A DNA stretch of 63,971 bases, filler included, from Octopus bimaculoides (GCF_001194135.2; 3 parts of 3 records of this genome joined end to end with filler, not necessarily neighbours in it), one strand, 5' to 3'; positions 37,644-51,739 are shown, counted from the first letter of the whole stretch. Notes: generated by a model not told the origin, from the sequence alone. A program made the numbers and translations.

Positions 37644-38128
37644 CAAGGTACTTTGGTATCTATTTATATTTAGCTGCGAGCCGTCAAGGCTTGAGGTGGC
37701 CAGTGTTCAAATATTGGCCACCACAATGCACGATATTGTTGCTTTTGTTGTTGTGGTTGCTGTTGTTGTGGTTGATGATAATCATGATGATGACGACAAC
37801 AACAACGATGATGGTGGTGGTAGTGGTGGTAGTGGTGGTAGTAATGATGATGACGATGATGATGAGGACCACATCGATGGTAGTAGTCGTGGTAGTATGA
37901 GTGAAGGTAAAAGATGGTGATGTCGATGACAACGAACTACTACTACCACCACTGATGATGGTGATGACGGTGATAATGATGATGATGGTGATGATGATGT
38001 TATAGTTGGACCCCGAGAAGACCCCTTATGTATTAAATGCCTGATCTATGATCAAAGCCGTTGCACTTGTTATTTTAGACACTTTACTTTCCCCCCGTAA
38101 CCAGCTTAAAACCAAACGATCGAATGTG

Positions 38129-38426
38129 TTAACTCTTTTCATAGCAACGCACCCAAGACCGCCCTTGGTTTTATGATTCACACTTCATTTCTAAAGAGAT
38201 GTAAGTTATAACCTTCCATCAAAACTTCATGTTAATTCATGTTTTAGACACTCGCTTAGCTATTTCTTTTATTTTTCTATTATTTCTTTTATTTTTCTAT
38301 TATTTCTTTCAAATTCAAATCAACTCGCTTTGCCAAGTATTAGCAAAGCGAGTTGATCTGAATTTTCTCTGCCTACCTATGTTTAAAATCACCTGATGAT
38401 AGCAGTTTTTCTTTTTCAAGGGGTAA
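38129..38426. mobile_element. Possible piggyBac-type MITE remnant
   Basis: TTAACTCTTTTC...AAGGGGTAA termini resemble TTAA|CCCTTT...AAAGGG|TTAA. A similar start, ttaacccttttattac, lies near 41188. Confidence 0.4.
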
Positions 38427-38643
38427 TCTTAGTCACCGAACAATTCATCAATAAAAAAGAAAATGCTGCTGAAACAACTGTTGTGAATTTTACAACTTCC
38501 TTCGTGATCTTTTATACAAACGCCATACCTGGAACCATCAGCATGTTGAATCTATAATATAACTTGCATTGGATCGGAAACCTACATGTGTATGTGTGTG
38601 TGTATTTACATTCATATATACATCTCTCTGTGTGTGTATATAT

Positions 38644-38743
38644 NNNNNNNNNNNNNNNNNNNNNNNNNNNNNNNNNNNNNNNNNNNNTTAATTAATTAAN
38701 NNNNNNNNNNNNNNNNNNNNNNNNNNNNNNNNNNNNNNNNNNN
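38644..38743. other. Artificial scaffold-join linker (second copy)
   Basis: 44 N + TTAATTAATTAA (38688-38699) + 44 N. Confidence 0.95.
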
Positions 38744-38780
<37 letters not shown>

Positions 38781-38804
38781 TACATACATATATATGTATA
38801 TATA

Positions 38805-38851
<47 letters not shown>

Positions 38852-40639
38852 TATAGGTATATATGTTTGTATATCTATTTGTATGTATATATATATGTAT
38901 ATGTATATATGTTTATATTTTTGTATATGTGTGTGTGTGTGTGCATGTGTATCTATATGTATGTGTGTATGTGTATATATACTTTTTTCATAGTTATATA
39001 TTCATAGTTGACCAAATACTAAACACTAATCAGACTAACTTAGAAAAAGAAATTAAATATGGCAAGAGAAAAAGTATTAAAAGTATTGCAGAAAAATAAA
39101 AAAGATTAAATATATTCAAACATATTTTTATAAATTAATGTATTTTCAGATTTCTTCACTTCTATATTCTGAATTTTTCAGGAATGCAAATTATAGTTTT
39201 AAAGTTAAAATACAGAATTCTAAATTTGTTTGAAAGACTACAAACAAAAAAAAAAAAATATCACTCATATACACAGATACAAACACATATATATGGATAC
39301 ACATGTTCATATGCACACAACTATATAAACACATATATGCACACAAGCACATACACACAAGCACACACACACACAACAGCAACAACATCAACACATGTAC
39401 ATATAAACACATACAAGTGCTTACACAGACAAATACATAGGAGGCATATTTAGAGGTGAAGCTTCATTATATATGAAGAACTGTAATGTTGAAATGTAAA
39501 ATTATAAAAATATAAATAGATAAGATTTTTAAAAAAAATATATATTAAACTATAAAAAAATAATTAATAGAATTTAGAGAGAACGAGACAAAGATGGGTG
39601 AGTAACTAGGAGAAACAAAGAGAGAGAAGGGTATGGAAAGAGAGAGATAGAAGGATGGAGAGAGAGTGGAGAGAGAGAGAGAGTGGAGAGAGAGAGAGAG
39701 TGGAGAGAGAGAGAGAGAGAATAAATCTTTTTAAAGGTGAAAGTGAAAAAAAAAACAGTAAAAAAACTAAACATTTTTTTCATTAATAAACATAAAATAC
39801 AGATAAATGAAGTTGAGAATATTTAGTTCATAACAGCGAAAATAAGGAAATGATGATGATGATGATGATGACGATGACGACGACGACGGTGGTGGTGGTG
39901 GTGGTGGACATCATGATGATGATCATGATGATGGTAGTGATGATGATGATGACAATGAAGATGATGGTGGGGACAAAGGTAGTGATGTTGAAGATAATGA
40001 TGACTATGACAGCAGTAGTTGCAGTGGTGGCAGGGGCAGTGGTGGTGGCAGTGGCAGTGGTGGTACTGGTGGTGGTGGTGACTGTATGGTTATTGTTGAT
40101 AGTGGTGGTGGTGGTGGTGAGAGGAGCAATGATGAAGATGTCAACAACAACAACAAAAGTAGTGACGAGGAAGAGAAAGGTGAGCGAGATTAGAAAGGTG
40201 GGCGGTGAGATCTTCAGTTATAAGAAAGAAGTAACTCTCCAGAGGTTAGCAAAGTTAAATAACAAAAGAAAGTATATTGAGGATGGCAGAGAGGATAAAA
40301 AGAAAACCGGAATTGTTATATAATCATTCACTCACACACACACACACACACACACACAAACCCTCACACAGATACAATCATAAGTGCACTCATGTATACA
40401 CACAAGCAAACAAGTATGCATACGCCTACTGCAAATCAACACCTGCATATATGGTGCACATCAGGGTGAAAGCTGACATGGTTTCCCTACACACGCACAA
40501 ACATATACACATAGAATAAGTCCTAAGCTTGCAAAGAATAAGTCCTGGGGTCGATTTGCTCGACTAAAGCTGGTGCTCCAGCATGACCACAGTCAAATGA
40601 CTGAAACAAATAAAAGAGTAACAGAATATGCACATATAG

Positions 40640-41022
40640 GAGTGGCTGTGTGGTAAGTAGCTTGCTTACCAACCACATGGTTCTGGGTTCAGTCCAACTA
40701 CGTGGCATCTTGGGCAAGCGTCTTCTACTATACCATCGGGCCGACCAAAGCCTTGTGAGTGGATTTGGTAGACGGAAACTGAAAGAAGCCCGTCGTATAT
40801 ATGTATATATATGTATGTGTGTGTGTGTGTTTGTCCCCCTAGCATTGCTTGACAACCGATGCTGGTGTGTTTATGTCCCCCGTAACTTAGCGGTTCGGCA
40901 AAAAGAGACCGATAGAATAAGTATTAGGCTTATAAAGAATAAGTCCTGGGGTCGATTTGCTCGACTAAAGGCGGTGCTCCAGCATGGCCGTAGTCAAATG
41001 ACTGAAAAAAGTAAAAGAGTAA
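40640..41022 (+). mobile_element. SINE type A, near full length (preceded by an extra tail copy at ~40535-40622)
   Basis: Head gagtggctgtgtggtaag...ggttcagtcc, internal TA/TG run, and tail agaataagtcctggggtcgatttgctcgactaaag, which is duplicated upstream. Confidence 0.88.
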
Positions 41023-41937
41023 GAATATACATATACACATATATATATAGTAATCGATGTATCATAGCTGAATGGTTAAGAGTTTTCTTTTGTAATGATG
41101 AGACTCCAGGTTCAGTCCTGCTGTCTGGTACCTTAGACAAGTGTATTTTACTATAATCTTAGGTCAACCGAAGCTTTGTACTTAAAATTAACCCTTTTAT
41201 TACTGTATTTATTTTGAGATGCTCTGTGTTTCTTTCAATTACTTCAAATATGGACCCTTTAAATATTCCTAATCTAATATAAACTATGTTTATTTCATAA
41301 TTTATTTTTAATTATCCAATGTTTTGCCTAACACTCTTATTCTACAGTCTCCTTTCATTTAGATCAATTGGCACATGTCTGTCATCTTCACTTCATGTAA
41401 TACGTCTGCATCAATTAAATCTTCTTTCCAGTACACATCCTATTCCTTATATTTAGTTTTCTCTCAAATCATTTGTGTTTTCTAATTCAGTCACAGTATA
41501 TCATACTGATTTAAGAATATGTACCATCTTTGACAGATATCTGGAACGCAACTAGCACATCCAGAATATATGTTCTTGTTTATGTGTAAACTTAGGAAAT
41601 ATTGCTTTTCTGACATAGGTACATGTTGACATATCAGAGTAAGAAATATAATCGATTAGATTAGAGGCTCCCAACCTTTTTTATCTATGGACCCCTTTGC
41701 GTATTGTTTTATTCTGGTGAACCCCCAGAGCCATTCTGAGTTTAAAAACTAGTTTTATAGAAACTTCATTCAAAATTCCTATTTCGTTTTTCACACATTA
41801 ACTTGACTAGGTTCAACTATGGAAAATGGTAGAGAATGAAACCTAGCTGTTTCTTGCAATACATACCAAAGCATACATCTAAAGCAGCATTCTTTCAAGG
41901 GACCTTAAAATTCTATCTCTCTCTCTCTCTCTCTCTC

Positions 41938-42162
41938 TGGCCGTTGCCAGTACCACCTGACTGGCCTTCGTGCCGGCGGCACATAAAAGCACCCACTACA
42001 CTTTCAGAATGGTTGGCATTAGGAAGGGCATGCAGCTGTAGAAACTCTGCCAGATCAGATTGGAGCCTGGTGTAGCCATCTGGTTCGCCAGTCCTCAGTC
42101 AAAAGTCAAATCGTCCAGTCCATGCTAGCATGGAAGACGGACAGTAAACGATGATGATGAAA
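41938..42162 (+). mobile_element. RTE LINE 3' UTR/tail fragment
   Basis: ttaggaagggcatgcagctgtagaaa...ctagcatggaagacggacagtaaacgatgatgatg matches 6900-7070. Related pieces lie at 45500-45700 (-) and 48865-48950 (+). Confidence 0.75.
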
Positions 42163-42299
42163 ATGATATATATATACACATATATATACACACACATACA
42201 CACACACACACACATATATATACATATATATTATTTTTACCATTTGTAAAGAAAATATTGTCGAAACCGGTTTCATATTTGAATAAATCTCTTAAAAAT

Positions 42300-42570
42300 T
42301 TTGCCGGCTCTTCTCAAGCACACCATATCTCCAAAGGTCTCAGTCACTTGTCATTGCCTCTGTGCTTCACCACCTCATCCCAGATGTCTTCCTGGGTCTA
42401 CCTCTTCCACAGGTTCCCTCCACTGTTAGGGTGTGACGCTTCTTCACATAGCTGTCCTTATCCATATCATATGATGGCCTTCTTTCAGGTTCTGTCTATG
42501 AAGTCCACTATAACGAAATACCACAAGATATTTTGTCTGATATGTTCTCCATTGCCAAGTAAGGCTATTT
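42300..42570 (-). mobile_element. RTE LINE 3' coding fragment
   Basis: Frameshifted MDKDSYVKKRHTLTVEGTCGRGRPRKT/WDEVVKH; same family as 5443-5880. Confidence 0.75.
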
Positions 42571-43370
42571 AACATACCGACATTGAACAATAACAACAAC
42601 AGCAATGGTAAAAGCAACAATAACAACAGCAAAAAAAGAAACACAATCAGAAAAAACAAAAACAGTAAAAAACATCAACGGCAATAAAAGTCCAACAACA
42701 ACAACGATAACAGAAGTAATATCAATGATGCCATCAGATCAACATGAATATCATAAAAGTTGCAACAAGAAGCAAAAACCAAAAGTTCCTTTTAATGTAA
42801 AGGAATAAGTCAGTTCTGATTATCTAAGATTAGAATTTTATATCACAAGAATTTTTCAATGGCACCTCACCAATTGCATTGAAAAAACTGAGCAAACAGA
42901 CTTTTTCAAGAGTAATTTTTCTCGATGCTGTCTTTATTTATGCAAGGCTGAAATCCCATGGGGACATGGTCTAGGATGGTAACAAAAAAAAAAAAGAAAA
43001 ACAGAAAAAAAAAAAAAAACTAACAAGAAACTAATGGTGAAATGGTGAAGGAGAAGAATGAGAGGGAGAGAGAGAAAGAGAGCAAAGGAGGGAGAGAGAG
43101 AGAGGAGGAGAAGTGGAGGTGTTTCATTTATTCAATGATTCAAGATTTAAGTGTCTGCCAGGAAAGAAAGCAACTCAAGAGATATAAGTAAATAAAAAAA
43201 ACTTTTAAANNNNNNNNNNTATATATATATACACACAGAAAGAGAGAGAGAGAGAGGGAGGGAGGAGAAACAGTGATAGATAAATAGAAAGAGAGAGATG
43301 CATACACACACACACACACACTCATACTCATTTTGTATATATTTAAATGTGTGTATATATATATTATATA

Positions 43371-43640
43371 GGTGGAGGCGCAATGGCCCAGTGGTTCGGG
43401 CAGTGGACTCACAGTCATAGGATCGCGGTTTCGATTCCCAGACCAGGCATTGTGAGTGTTTATTGAGTGAAAGCACCTAAAGTTCCACGAGAATCCGGCA
43501 GGGGATGGTGGCAAACCCTGCTGTACTCTTTTACCACAACTTTCTCTTACTGTTTCTGTTGTACCTGTAATTTCAAAGGGGCCAGCCTTGTCACACTCTG
43601 TGTCACACTGAATCTCCCCAAGAACTACATTAAGGGTACA
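43371..43640 (+). mobile_element. SINE type C
   Basis: Homologous to 32906-33190 and 50227-50615. Confidence 0.8.
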
Positions 43641-43675
43641 CTTCACGTTATATATATGTATATACATATATATGG

Positions 43676-44010
43676 CACCTAGGGCAAGTGTCTTCTACTA
43701 AAGCTTCAGGCCAACCGAAGCTTTGTGAGTGGATTTGGTAGATGGAAACTGAAAGAAGCCCATCGTAAATATATATATATATATGTGTGTATGTATATGA
43801 TTATGTGTCTGTGTTTGTGTTTGTCCCCACCCCAACATCACTTGACAACCGATGGTGGTGTGTTTACGTCCCTGTCAGTTAGCGGTACGGCAAGAAAGAC
43901 CGATAGAATAAGTACTAGGGTTACAAAGAATAAGTCCTGAGGTCAATTTGCTCGACTAAAGGCAGTGCTCCAGCATGGCTGCAGTCAAATAACTGAAACA
44001 AATAAAAAAT
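43676..44010 (+). mobile_element. SINE type A (5'-truncated)
   Basis: ggcaagtgtcttctacta...gaaactgaaagaagccc-(TA/TG)-gacaaccgatggtggtgtgttt...ctccagcatggctgcagtca. Confidence 0.85.
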
Positions 44011-44090
44011 ATTTATATATACATATATGTACTTATATGTATGTATATATGAGTGTATGTGCACATGCAAGTCTAGATCCAACTACTTAC

Positions 44091-44196
44091 CTTTATACCT
44101 GGCAGACCACCAGTGCCTGACCTGTGACGGATCTTTCCAATCAGAAGAGTCAGATGCACTGTGACTCATCTTCTTCTCCCATGTCCTCAGCATCAT
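44091..44196 (-). CDS. Candidate internal coding exon of an unidentified host gene
   Basis: Acceptor ttcctccatcgttgtAG and donor AAAG|gtaagt bound 106 nt of unique, non-repetitive sequence. Only the phase-0 frame is open end to end: MMLRTWEKKMSHSASDSSDWKDPSQVRHWWSARYK(+G). Product not recognised. Confidence 0.55.
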
Positions 44197-44719
44197 CTAC
44201 AACGATGGAGGAATATTATTATATGTTTGGATGTATATATATATATACACACGTATATATATATATATATGAATATATATATATATATATTCATATATAT
44301 ATATATATATATATNNNNNNNNNNNNNNNNNNNNNNNNNNNNNNNNNNNNNNNNNNNNNNNNNNNNNNNNNNNNNNNNNNNNNNNNNNNNNNNNNNNNNN
44401 NNNNNNNNNNNNNNNNNNNNNNNNNNNNNNNNNNNNNNNNNNNNNNNNNNNNNNNNNNNNNNNNNNNNNNNNNNNNNNNNNNNNNNNNNNNNNNNNNNNN
44501 NNNNNNNNNNNNNNNNNNNNNNNNNNNNNNNNNNNNNNNNNNNNNNNNNNNNNNNNNNNNNNNNNNNNNNNNNNNNNNNNNNNNNNNNNNNNNNNNNNNN
44601 NNNNNNNNNNNNNNNNNNNNNNNNNNNNNNNNNNNNNNNNNNNNNNNNNNNNNNNNNNNNNNNNNNNNNNNNNNNNNNNNNNNNNNNNNNNNNNNNNNNN
44701 NNNNNNNNNNNNNNNNNNN

Positions 44720-44761
<42 letters not shown>

Positions 44762-45127
44762 CATATGTGTATGTTTATGTAAATGTATGCATGCACATTA
44801 TATATATATATATATATATATATACACTCTCATACACTCATGCATCTATATGTATTTATATATATTTACTCACACGCATATGTGTGTGTGTGCATGTGTG
44901 TGTGTATCTATATGAATATATGTGATATAAAGGCAAATAATTTCATAGATGCAGCAAGAATATAATCTTAGTATAATAATTTTATCAAAGAACTGAATGT
45001 GACACGTCCCATTCACATATCTTAGTATTATACACAGTAATGTAAAAACAGCAATGAATGTCAGACACAAAGAAAATAAATCTGGTTAAGCATACATTGA
45101 AATAAATATACATATTCCATATATCTA

Positions 45128-45165
<38 letters not shown>

Positions 45166-45461
45166 TTTATTATTGGACAATGCCTTCATCAACAGTTCCA
45201 ACAATGCAAGCTTTACTATTTATTATCCACATTGGCACTGGCAGGTATGTTAAAATTAATTCATCTCATATTTATTGAGATGGACCAAAATTTCCTTCTA
45301 CTCAATTCTTGCTACATTATTTGCAAAATTATAAAGAAAGGAGCAGAACTTTCAGAATCAATAACTAAATTTTCATTTGCTATTAGTAATGCAAACAGAT
45401 TTATAGATTTTACAAGAGTATCATCTTAAGGTAGCCACTTCAGCAAAGAACCATATATGCT

Positions 45462-45500
<39 letters not shown>

Positions 45501-46304
45501 TCATCATCATCATCATCATTTAACGTCTGTTTTCCATGCTGGCAAGTGTTGGACGGTTTGACTGAGGTCTGGAGAGCCAGTGGCTGCTCTAGGCTCCAAT
45601 CTGATCTGGAGCAATGTTTCTACAGCCAGATGCTCTTCCTAATGCCAATGACTCTGAGAGTGTAGTGGGAACTTTTTATGTGTCACCAGCACAAGAACCG
45701 GTATATATACATATATATAATGCATATTTATATCATCATCATCATCATTGTCATCATCGTTTTAACAATCGTTGAGCATTTGGTTCAACCTGAGGAATCA
45801 TTGTATGTACTTATTTATCATCAATGTATTTTGTATCCAGGAATCTCTGAGTTATAGCAGCCAACAGGGCTATTTCAACTGGGGGTGGAGAGAGAGAGAA
45901 GTTAAGGAATAGAATGGGAAGATAGGTTAAGTTTGTGATGAGAAGGTGGGAAGTGTAACAATGAGTTAGAGAAAGGTGGAGATGAAAAATGTATATTAAG
46001 AGAATCAAATGGGCTCAACTGATCTTCGTTGTTAGATACGTTATATTGAAGTTAAAGGAAACTTTTGAATCAGTGATATTTGTACACACACTTTTCTATT
46101 CCCATATACACTTGTGTGTGTGTGTGTATGTATGTATATGNNNNNNNNNNNNNNNNNNNNNNNNNNNNNNTATATATACACACACATACACAATTATATA
46201 TATATATATATATATATATTATTTAACCATATAAACATATATATACATATATGTGCATATATGTATAAATATATACTATGTATGTGTATATATTTGTATA
46301 TATC

Positions 46305-46363
<59 letters not shown>

Positions 46364-46743
46364 ATTTATGTGACTAGATATGTGTAAATATACATGAATA
46401 TATACAAACACATATTTGTATGCATATATGTATCTATTTAATTATATGTATATACATATATATGTACACACACATACACACAGATATATATGTATATATC
46501 ATATGTATCTTTCGAGTTTCTCCCTTATCTTGGTAAAAAGTGTTTGCCATATCTGACTTCTGTCAAAACAAACATGCTATCCAACATGAAAAGTGCAATG
46601 TTTGTATACATATATCGGTGTATTTTTGAATTTCAAAGTAGACCAGCCTTCAGTTTTTGGCATGTTTTCCACACTTATACACACACACAATGATATATAT
46701 ATATTCATGTAAATATAACACGCATAAACAGAAGCTTTATTAA

Positions 46744-46788
<45 letters not shown>

Positions 46789-47025
46789 NNNNNNNNNNNN
46801 NNNNNNNNNNNNNNNNNNNNNNNNNNNNNNNNNNNNNNNNNNNNNNNNNNNNNNNNNNNNNNNNNNNNNNNNNNNNNNNNNNNNNNNNNNNNNNNNNNNN
46901 NNNNNNNNNNNNNNNNNNNNNNNNNNNNNNNNNNNNNNNNNNNNNNNNNNNNNNNNNNNNNNNNNNNNNNNNNNNNNNNNNNNNNNNNNNNNNNNNNNNN
47001 NNNNNNNNNNNNNNNNNNNNNNNNN

Positions 47026-47054
<29 letters not shown>

Positions 47055-47057
<3 letters not shown>

Positions 47058-48328
47058 GGGTTGGACAAAATAATGGAAACACCTTAAAATTTCAAACAAA
47101 TTTATTTTAATATGGGGTAGGACCGCCTTTGGCAGTAATTACAGCTTGAATTCTATGAGGTATGGACTCGTACAGAGTTTGAATTGTTTCCACAGGAATA
47201 TTTGTCCATTCTTCAGCTAAAACAGTCTCCAGTTCTTGTAGTGATGATGGTGGAGGATATCAACTCCTTACTTGTTTTTCTAAAATGCACCATAAATGTT
47301 CAATAATATTGAGATCTGGGGTCTGTGGTGCCCAGATAAGATGTTCAGCTTCACTAGAATGTTCCTTATACCATTCAGTAACTACTTTAGCTGTGTGAAT
47401 TGGTGCATTATTATCCTGAAAGATTGCGTTGTTTCCCTCCAGAAACAGTTCCACAACGATAGGATGAATTTGATCAGATAAAATGCTTAAATAGTTTTGA
47501 CTATTAATTCTGCCATGAAGGGAAACCATTGGACCAGTGGATTCCCAAGATATAGCCCAACCCCCACCCCACTAGATCATCACAGATCTTCCTCCATGTT
47601 TAACAGTTAGAAGAAGGTAGTCGGGGTCAAATGCTTCTTTTGGCTGTCTCCACAGCCAAAAGTCAGTGGTCAGAAATAAGGTAAAGGATGACTCATCTGA
47701 GAAAATAACATTCTTCCATTGCACTAGGGACCAATTGTGTAGGTTTTTACTCCATTCTAAATGCTTTGCAACGTTTGTTTTTGAAAGTAATGGTTTACTG
47801 ATTGCAGCCCTCCTGAGAAATCCGGCTTTGTGCAGCTCTCGGTGAACAGTTTTTGTGGAAAATGGGTTCTCAAGGTGGTCATTAAGCTCTGCAGTAATTC
47901 TGGGAACTGTACTTTTGTGATCCTTTTTAACAATTCATGTAAGAGTCCAACGGCCCCTATCTGAAAATTTTGGTTTTCTTCCGGAGTTTTGTTTGACGAG
48001 AAGGTTTTTTCCCTCTTTCTCAAAAGCTGTCATTACTTTCAAGACTACTTGTTGATACACCAAACATTTTGGCTGTTTTTGCTATGTGAATGCCTGCCAT
48101 ACAAGCACTAACAATTTGACCTCTTTGAAAATCCGATAGACCTGTCATTTTAAGGAATTTTAATAGCCTTTTTCTGATGATATCTGAAAAGAAACAGCAA
48201 TTTTAGTGCAACATATTAAGCAACACTAATAATAAATCAAAAACCATAAAAATAAACGAGCTTTCCATGGTTTTATAGATATTTCAAAATTATGATGCTA
48301 TGATGCAAGGTGTTTCCATTATTTTGTC
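47055..48328 (-). mobile_element. Near full-length Tc1-like transposon (decayed)
   Basis: TIRs CAGGGGTTGGACAAAATAATGGAAACACCTT (47055-47085) and AAGGTGTTTCCATTATTTTGTC (48307-48328). Transposase pieces FSDESSFTLF and IFQDNNAPIHTAK...WAPQTPDLNIIEHLWCILE. Confidence 0.9.
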
Positions 48329-48344
48329 TTCTATTATAGATTTG

Positions 48345-49118
48345 AGATAACCAAAGCCTTGTAAGTGGTTTTCGTAGACAAAAACTGAAAGATGCCTGTC
48401 TTTTATATATATATGTATATATCTATATATTTATGTGTGTGCGTGTCCTCCACCCTCATTGCTTGACAACCAATGCCAGTGAGTTTACGTTCTTGTAGTT
48501 TTGCAGTTTGGCAAAAGAGATCAATAGAATAAGTAGTAGGTTTACAAGAATAAGCCCTGGGGTCAATTTCTTGGACTAAAACCCTTTGAGGTAGTGCTCC
48601 TGTATGGCCGCAGTCAAAAGACTGCAACAAGTAAAAGAATATATATATATATATATATATATCTTCCATCTTTTATTTGTTTCGGTCACTAGGTTGCGGC
48701 CATGCTGGGACACAGCCTTGAGAAATTTTTGTTTTTTAAACCTGATATTTATCCAATCAGTCTCTATTGCCGAATCACCGTTTTATGAGGAATTAAACAC
48801 ACCGACACCAATCGTCAAGCAGTGGGGGAGGGGACAATCACAGACACAAAGACACACATGTTGCCTCCTGGTCCACGAGTCCTCAGTCAAATCGTCTAAC
48901 CTATGCTAGCATGGAAAGCGGACGTTAAACGATGATGATGATGATGATGATATGTATGTATATACAATGGGCTTCTTTCAGTTCCTGTTTACCAAATCCA
49001 CTCACAAGGGTTTGGTTGGCCCAATACTAAAGTAGAAGACATTTGCCCAAAGTGCCACACCATGGGACTGAACCTAAAACCATATGGTCGGAAAGCAAAC
49101 TTCTTACCATACAGCCAT
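48345..49118. mobile_element. Cluster of SINE type A pieces in both orientations plus an RTE tail
   Basis: Plus-strand copy at ~48345-48640; minus-strand tail at ~48662-48860 and minus-strand head at ~48965-49118. Confidence 0.7.
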
Positions 49119-49177
49119 TACATACACAATCATAAGATATATATGTATGTATGCATGTATGCATGTGTGTTTGCATG

Positions 49178-49216
<39 letters not shown>

Positions 49217-49291
49217 ACAATTAAAAGGGTAAAGGTTTATCAATTTATTAATTTATTAATAAATTAACAATTAATAATTTTTACCAAGCTC

Positions 49292-49345
49292 TTCGGTATG
49301 TAAACAGCATTCGGTATGTAAACAGCATTCAGTATGTAAACAGCA
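49292..49345. repeat. Three copies of an 18-bp tandem repeat
   Basis: TTCGGTATGTAAACAGCA twice, then TTCAGTATGTAAACAGCA. Confidence 0.9.
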
Positions 49346-50226
49346 TTTTAGCTGCTATTTCTGAACTTCGGTATGTGGTGAAGCAACTGTTTGCTGATCC
49401 CTTAATTATGTTTATACATATATATATATATATATATATGTATGTATAGTTACATCTATACATAATATTCTATATCTCCACCCTCACGCTGTTGCTCCTG
49501 TCTTATCGGGAAAACTAATTCATCATTGTCAAATATCATTCATGCATACATACATGTGTGTGTGTGTGTGTGCATGTGTGTGTGTGTGTGTGTTGAGAGA
49601 TTGAATGTAAGAATGCACTGTATTATAGTCTCTACAGGGCAAATAGCAATAACCTTACCATTCCAGAGAAGGTAAACAGCAGATCACATAACATGAAAAT
49701 CTAAATCTTGTCAAATATGCCAACCTTTTCTTCTCTCTCCACTATTTATTATTTTTATTATTATCATTTGTGTCGTTGATGTTGTTGTTGTTGTTGTTGC
49801 TGCTGTTGATGATGTTGTTGTTGTTATTTTTATTATCAAGGCAGTGTACTGGCTAAATCAATAGCATGCCAGACAAAATGCTTACCAGCATTTCGACTTT
49901 ATATTCTGATTTCAAATTCTGCTGTCGATGAAATACATACCACTTGCACCATGGGGCAGGGGCGGGGCGATAATCAACTAAACTCCCTCCTCCAGAGAAG
50001 AATTTGGAGAGGGTGCTTGCTCAGAGGTTTTCAAGAAAATCTTGGATGGTGGATTTCCTTGATTATCCCCAGAGGTGTTCCTGTGTCAGAAGGGCCACAT
50101 CTCTATCATCCACCCACAACTTTTTTTTTGGTACCTCTGTATCCTATGCACATGTCTCCTCTTTCCCAGTGTATACCATGTATACTGTTTTTAAAATTTT
50201 ATTTATCATTTCATAATTATATGTAA

Positions 50227-50615
50227 GTGGAGGTGCAATGGCCCAGTGGTAAGGGCAGTGGAGTCATGTTCATGGGATCATGGCTTTGATTCCTAGACTG
50301 GGCGTTGTGAGTGTTTCTTGAGCGAAAATACCTAAAGCTCCACGAGGCTCAGGCAGGGGATGGTGGCGAACCCTGCTGTACTCTTTCACCACAACTTTCT
50401 TTCACTCTTTCTCCCTGTTTCTGTTGTGCCTGTTTTTCAAAGGGTCAGCCTTATCACACTGTGTCACGCTAAATATCCCCGAGAACTACGTTAAGGATAC
50501 ACGTGTCTGTGGAGTGCTCAGCCACTTGCACGTTAATTTCACAAGCAGGCTGTTCCGTTGATCGGATCAACCGGAACCGTCATCATCATAACCAAAGGAG
50601 TGCCACCACTATATG
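50227..50615 (+). mobile_element. SINE type C, longest copy
   Basis: tRNA-like head plus the body shared with 43371-43640, extending to ggatcaaccggaacc.tcatcatc. Confidence 0.8.
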
Positions 50616-50706
50616 TAAACCCTCACACTTTATGTCTGTTTCTGCATTTTCCCTTGCAGCTTTTGCCCTCATAGCAAATAAATGAAATCATTATTATTAT
50701 TATTAT

Positions 50707-50754
<48 letters not shown>

Positions 50755-50764
50755 CAGCAGCAGC

Positions 50765-50995
50765 AGCAAGCTGGTGAGATCATTAATATGCTGGGTGAAA
50801 CGAAAGAGTATGCCAGAAAAAAGCTTAGCAGCATTTTGTCAGTCTTTACATTCTGAGTTCAAACTCCACTGAGGTCAGCTTTGCCTTTCACCCTTTTGAG
50901 GTCTATAAAATAAATGCTAGTTGGACACTGGGGTTGACATAATCGACCAACCTCTCTCCTACAATTCCAGGCTTTATGCCATTAATGGAAAGGAT
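50765..50995 (+). mobile_element. SINE type B
   Basis: ttctgagttcaaactccactgaggtcagctttgcctttcaccc...ggggttgacataatcgac. Confidence 0.7.
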
Positions 50996-51677
50996 TATTC
51001 GGCAATGAATAAAACGTCAAACAAAATGTTTTGTGATATATATTGCATTAGTTTATATGTTTGAGCTTAATTCTCACCACCACCACCAACATCACCACTA
51101 CTAACATCCCAACCTCCAGCAACACTATTGCCTACCATTATCACCACTGCCACAACTACCACCAACACCATAATTAGCACCATTATAGGTGCCATCAACA
51201 TCACTAACACCAGCACAACCGTCATCACCAACACCACCCTCACCTATTGTTACAACCTTCACTACCACACCCCTAACAACATCACCACCCATTATTATCA
51301 CCCCCTACAGACACCTTCACACACTGCTACCAACCTCACCATCATCACCTTACATCCCACCACCAGCACCACCACCACCACCAGTACTAGCAGTACCAGA
51401 GCCAGTACACCTTATCTGTACAGATTATCATTTCAAAGTAGGAGCTATGAGAATATAGTGATATATAACATGTCTTCCATGAGATTGTTATTTAGATATG
51501 ATAGCTACTGATATCTCGCCTTCCCAGACAGAATTTTTAATTGACTTAAATTACCCTTAACCTCTACTTACCAAATCATTTCTGCAGAAAATAATTAAAT
51601 CAGGATTATTATGTTCATGTGTTTATGTATATGTTCTGTGTGTTCTACATGTGTGTGTGTGTGTGTGTGAATATACA

Positions 51678-51739
<62 letters not shown>

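Noticed and set aside
37691-40323. Asp/Gly-rich or Val/Met-rich ORFs at 37591-37932 and 39850-40323
   Set aside because: Mixed GAT/GGT trinucleotide low-complexity tracts without splice or homology support.
45178-45250. Plus-strand signal-peptide-like stretch ending GCAG|gtatgt
   Set aside because: No acceptor or promoter evidence upstream (only an ATT microsatellite) and no partner exon found.
49292-49345. 18-bp repeats as a CRISPR-like array
   Set aside because: Head-to-tail repeats with no spacers, in eukaryotic DNA with no cas genes.
49650-49705. Possible minus exon ending GGAATG|gtaagg
   Set aside because: The acceptor lacks a polypyrimidine tract; insufficient support.
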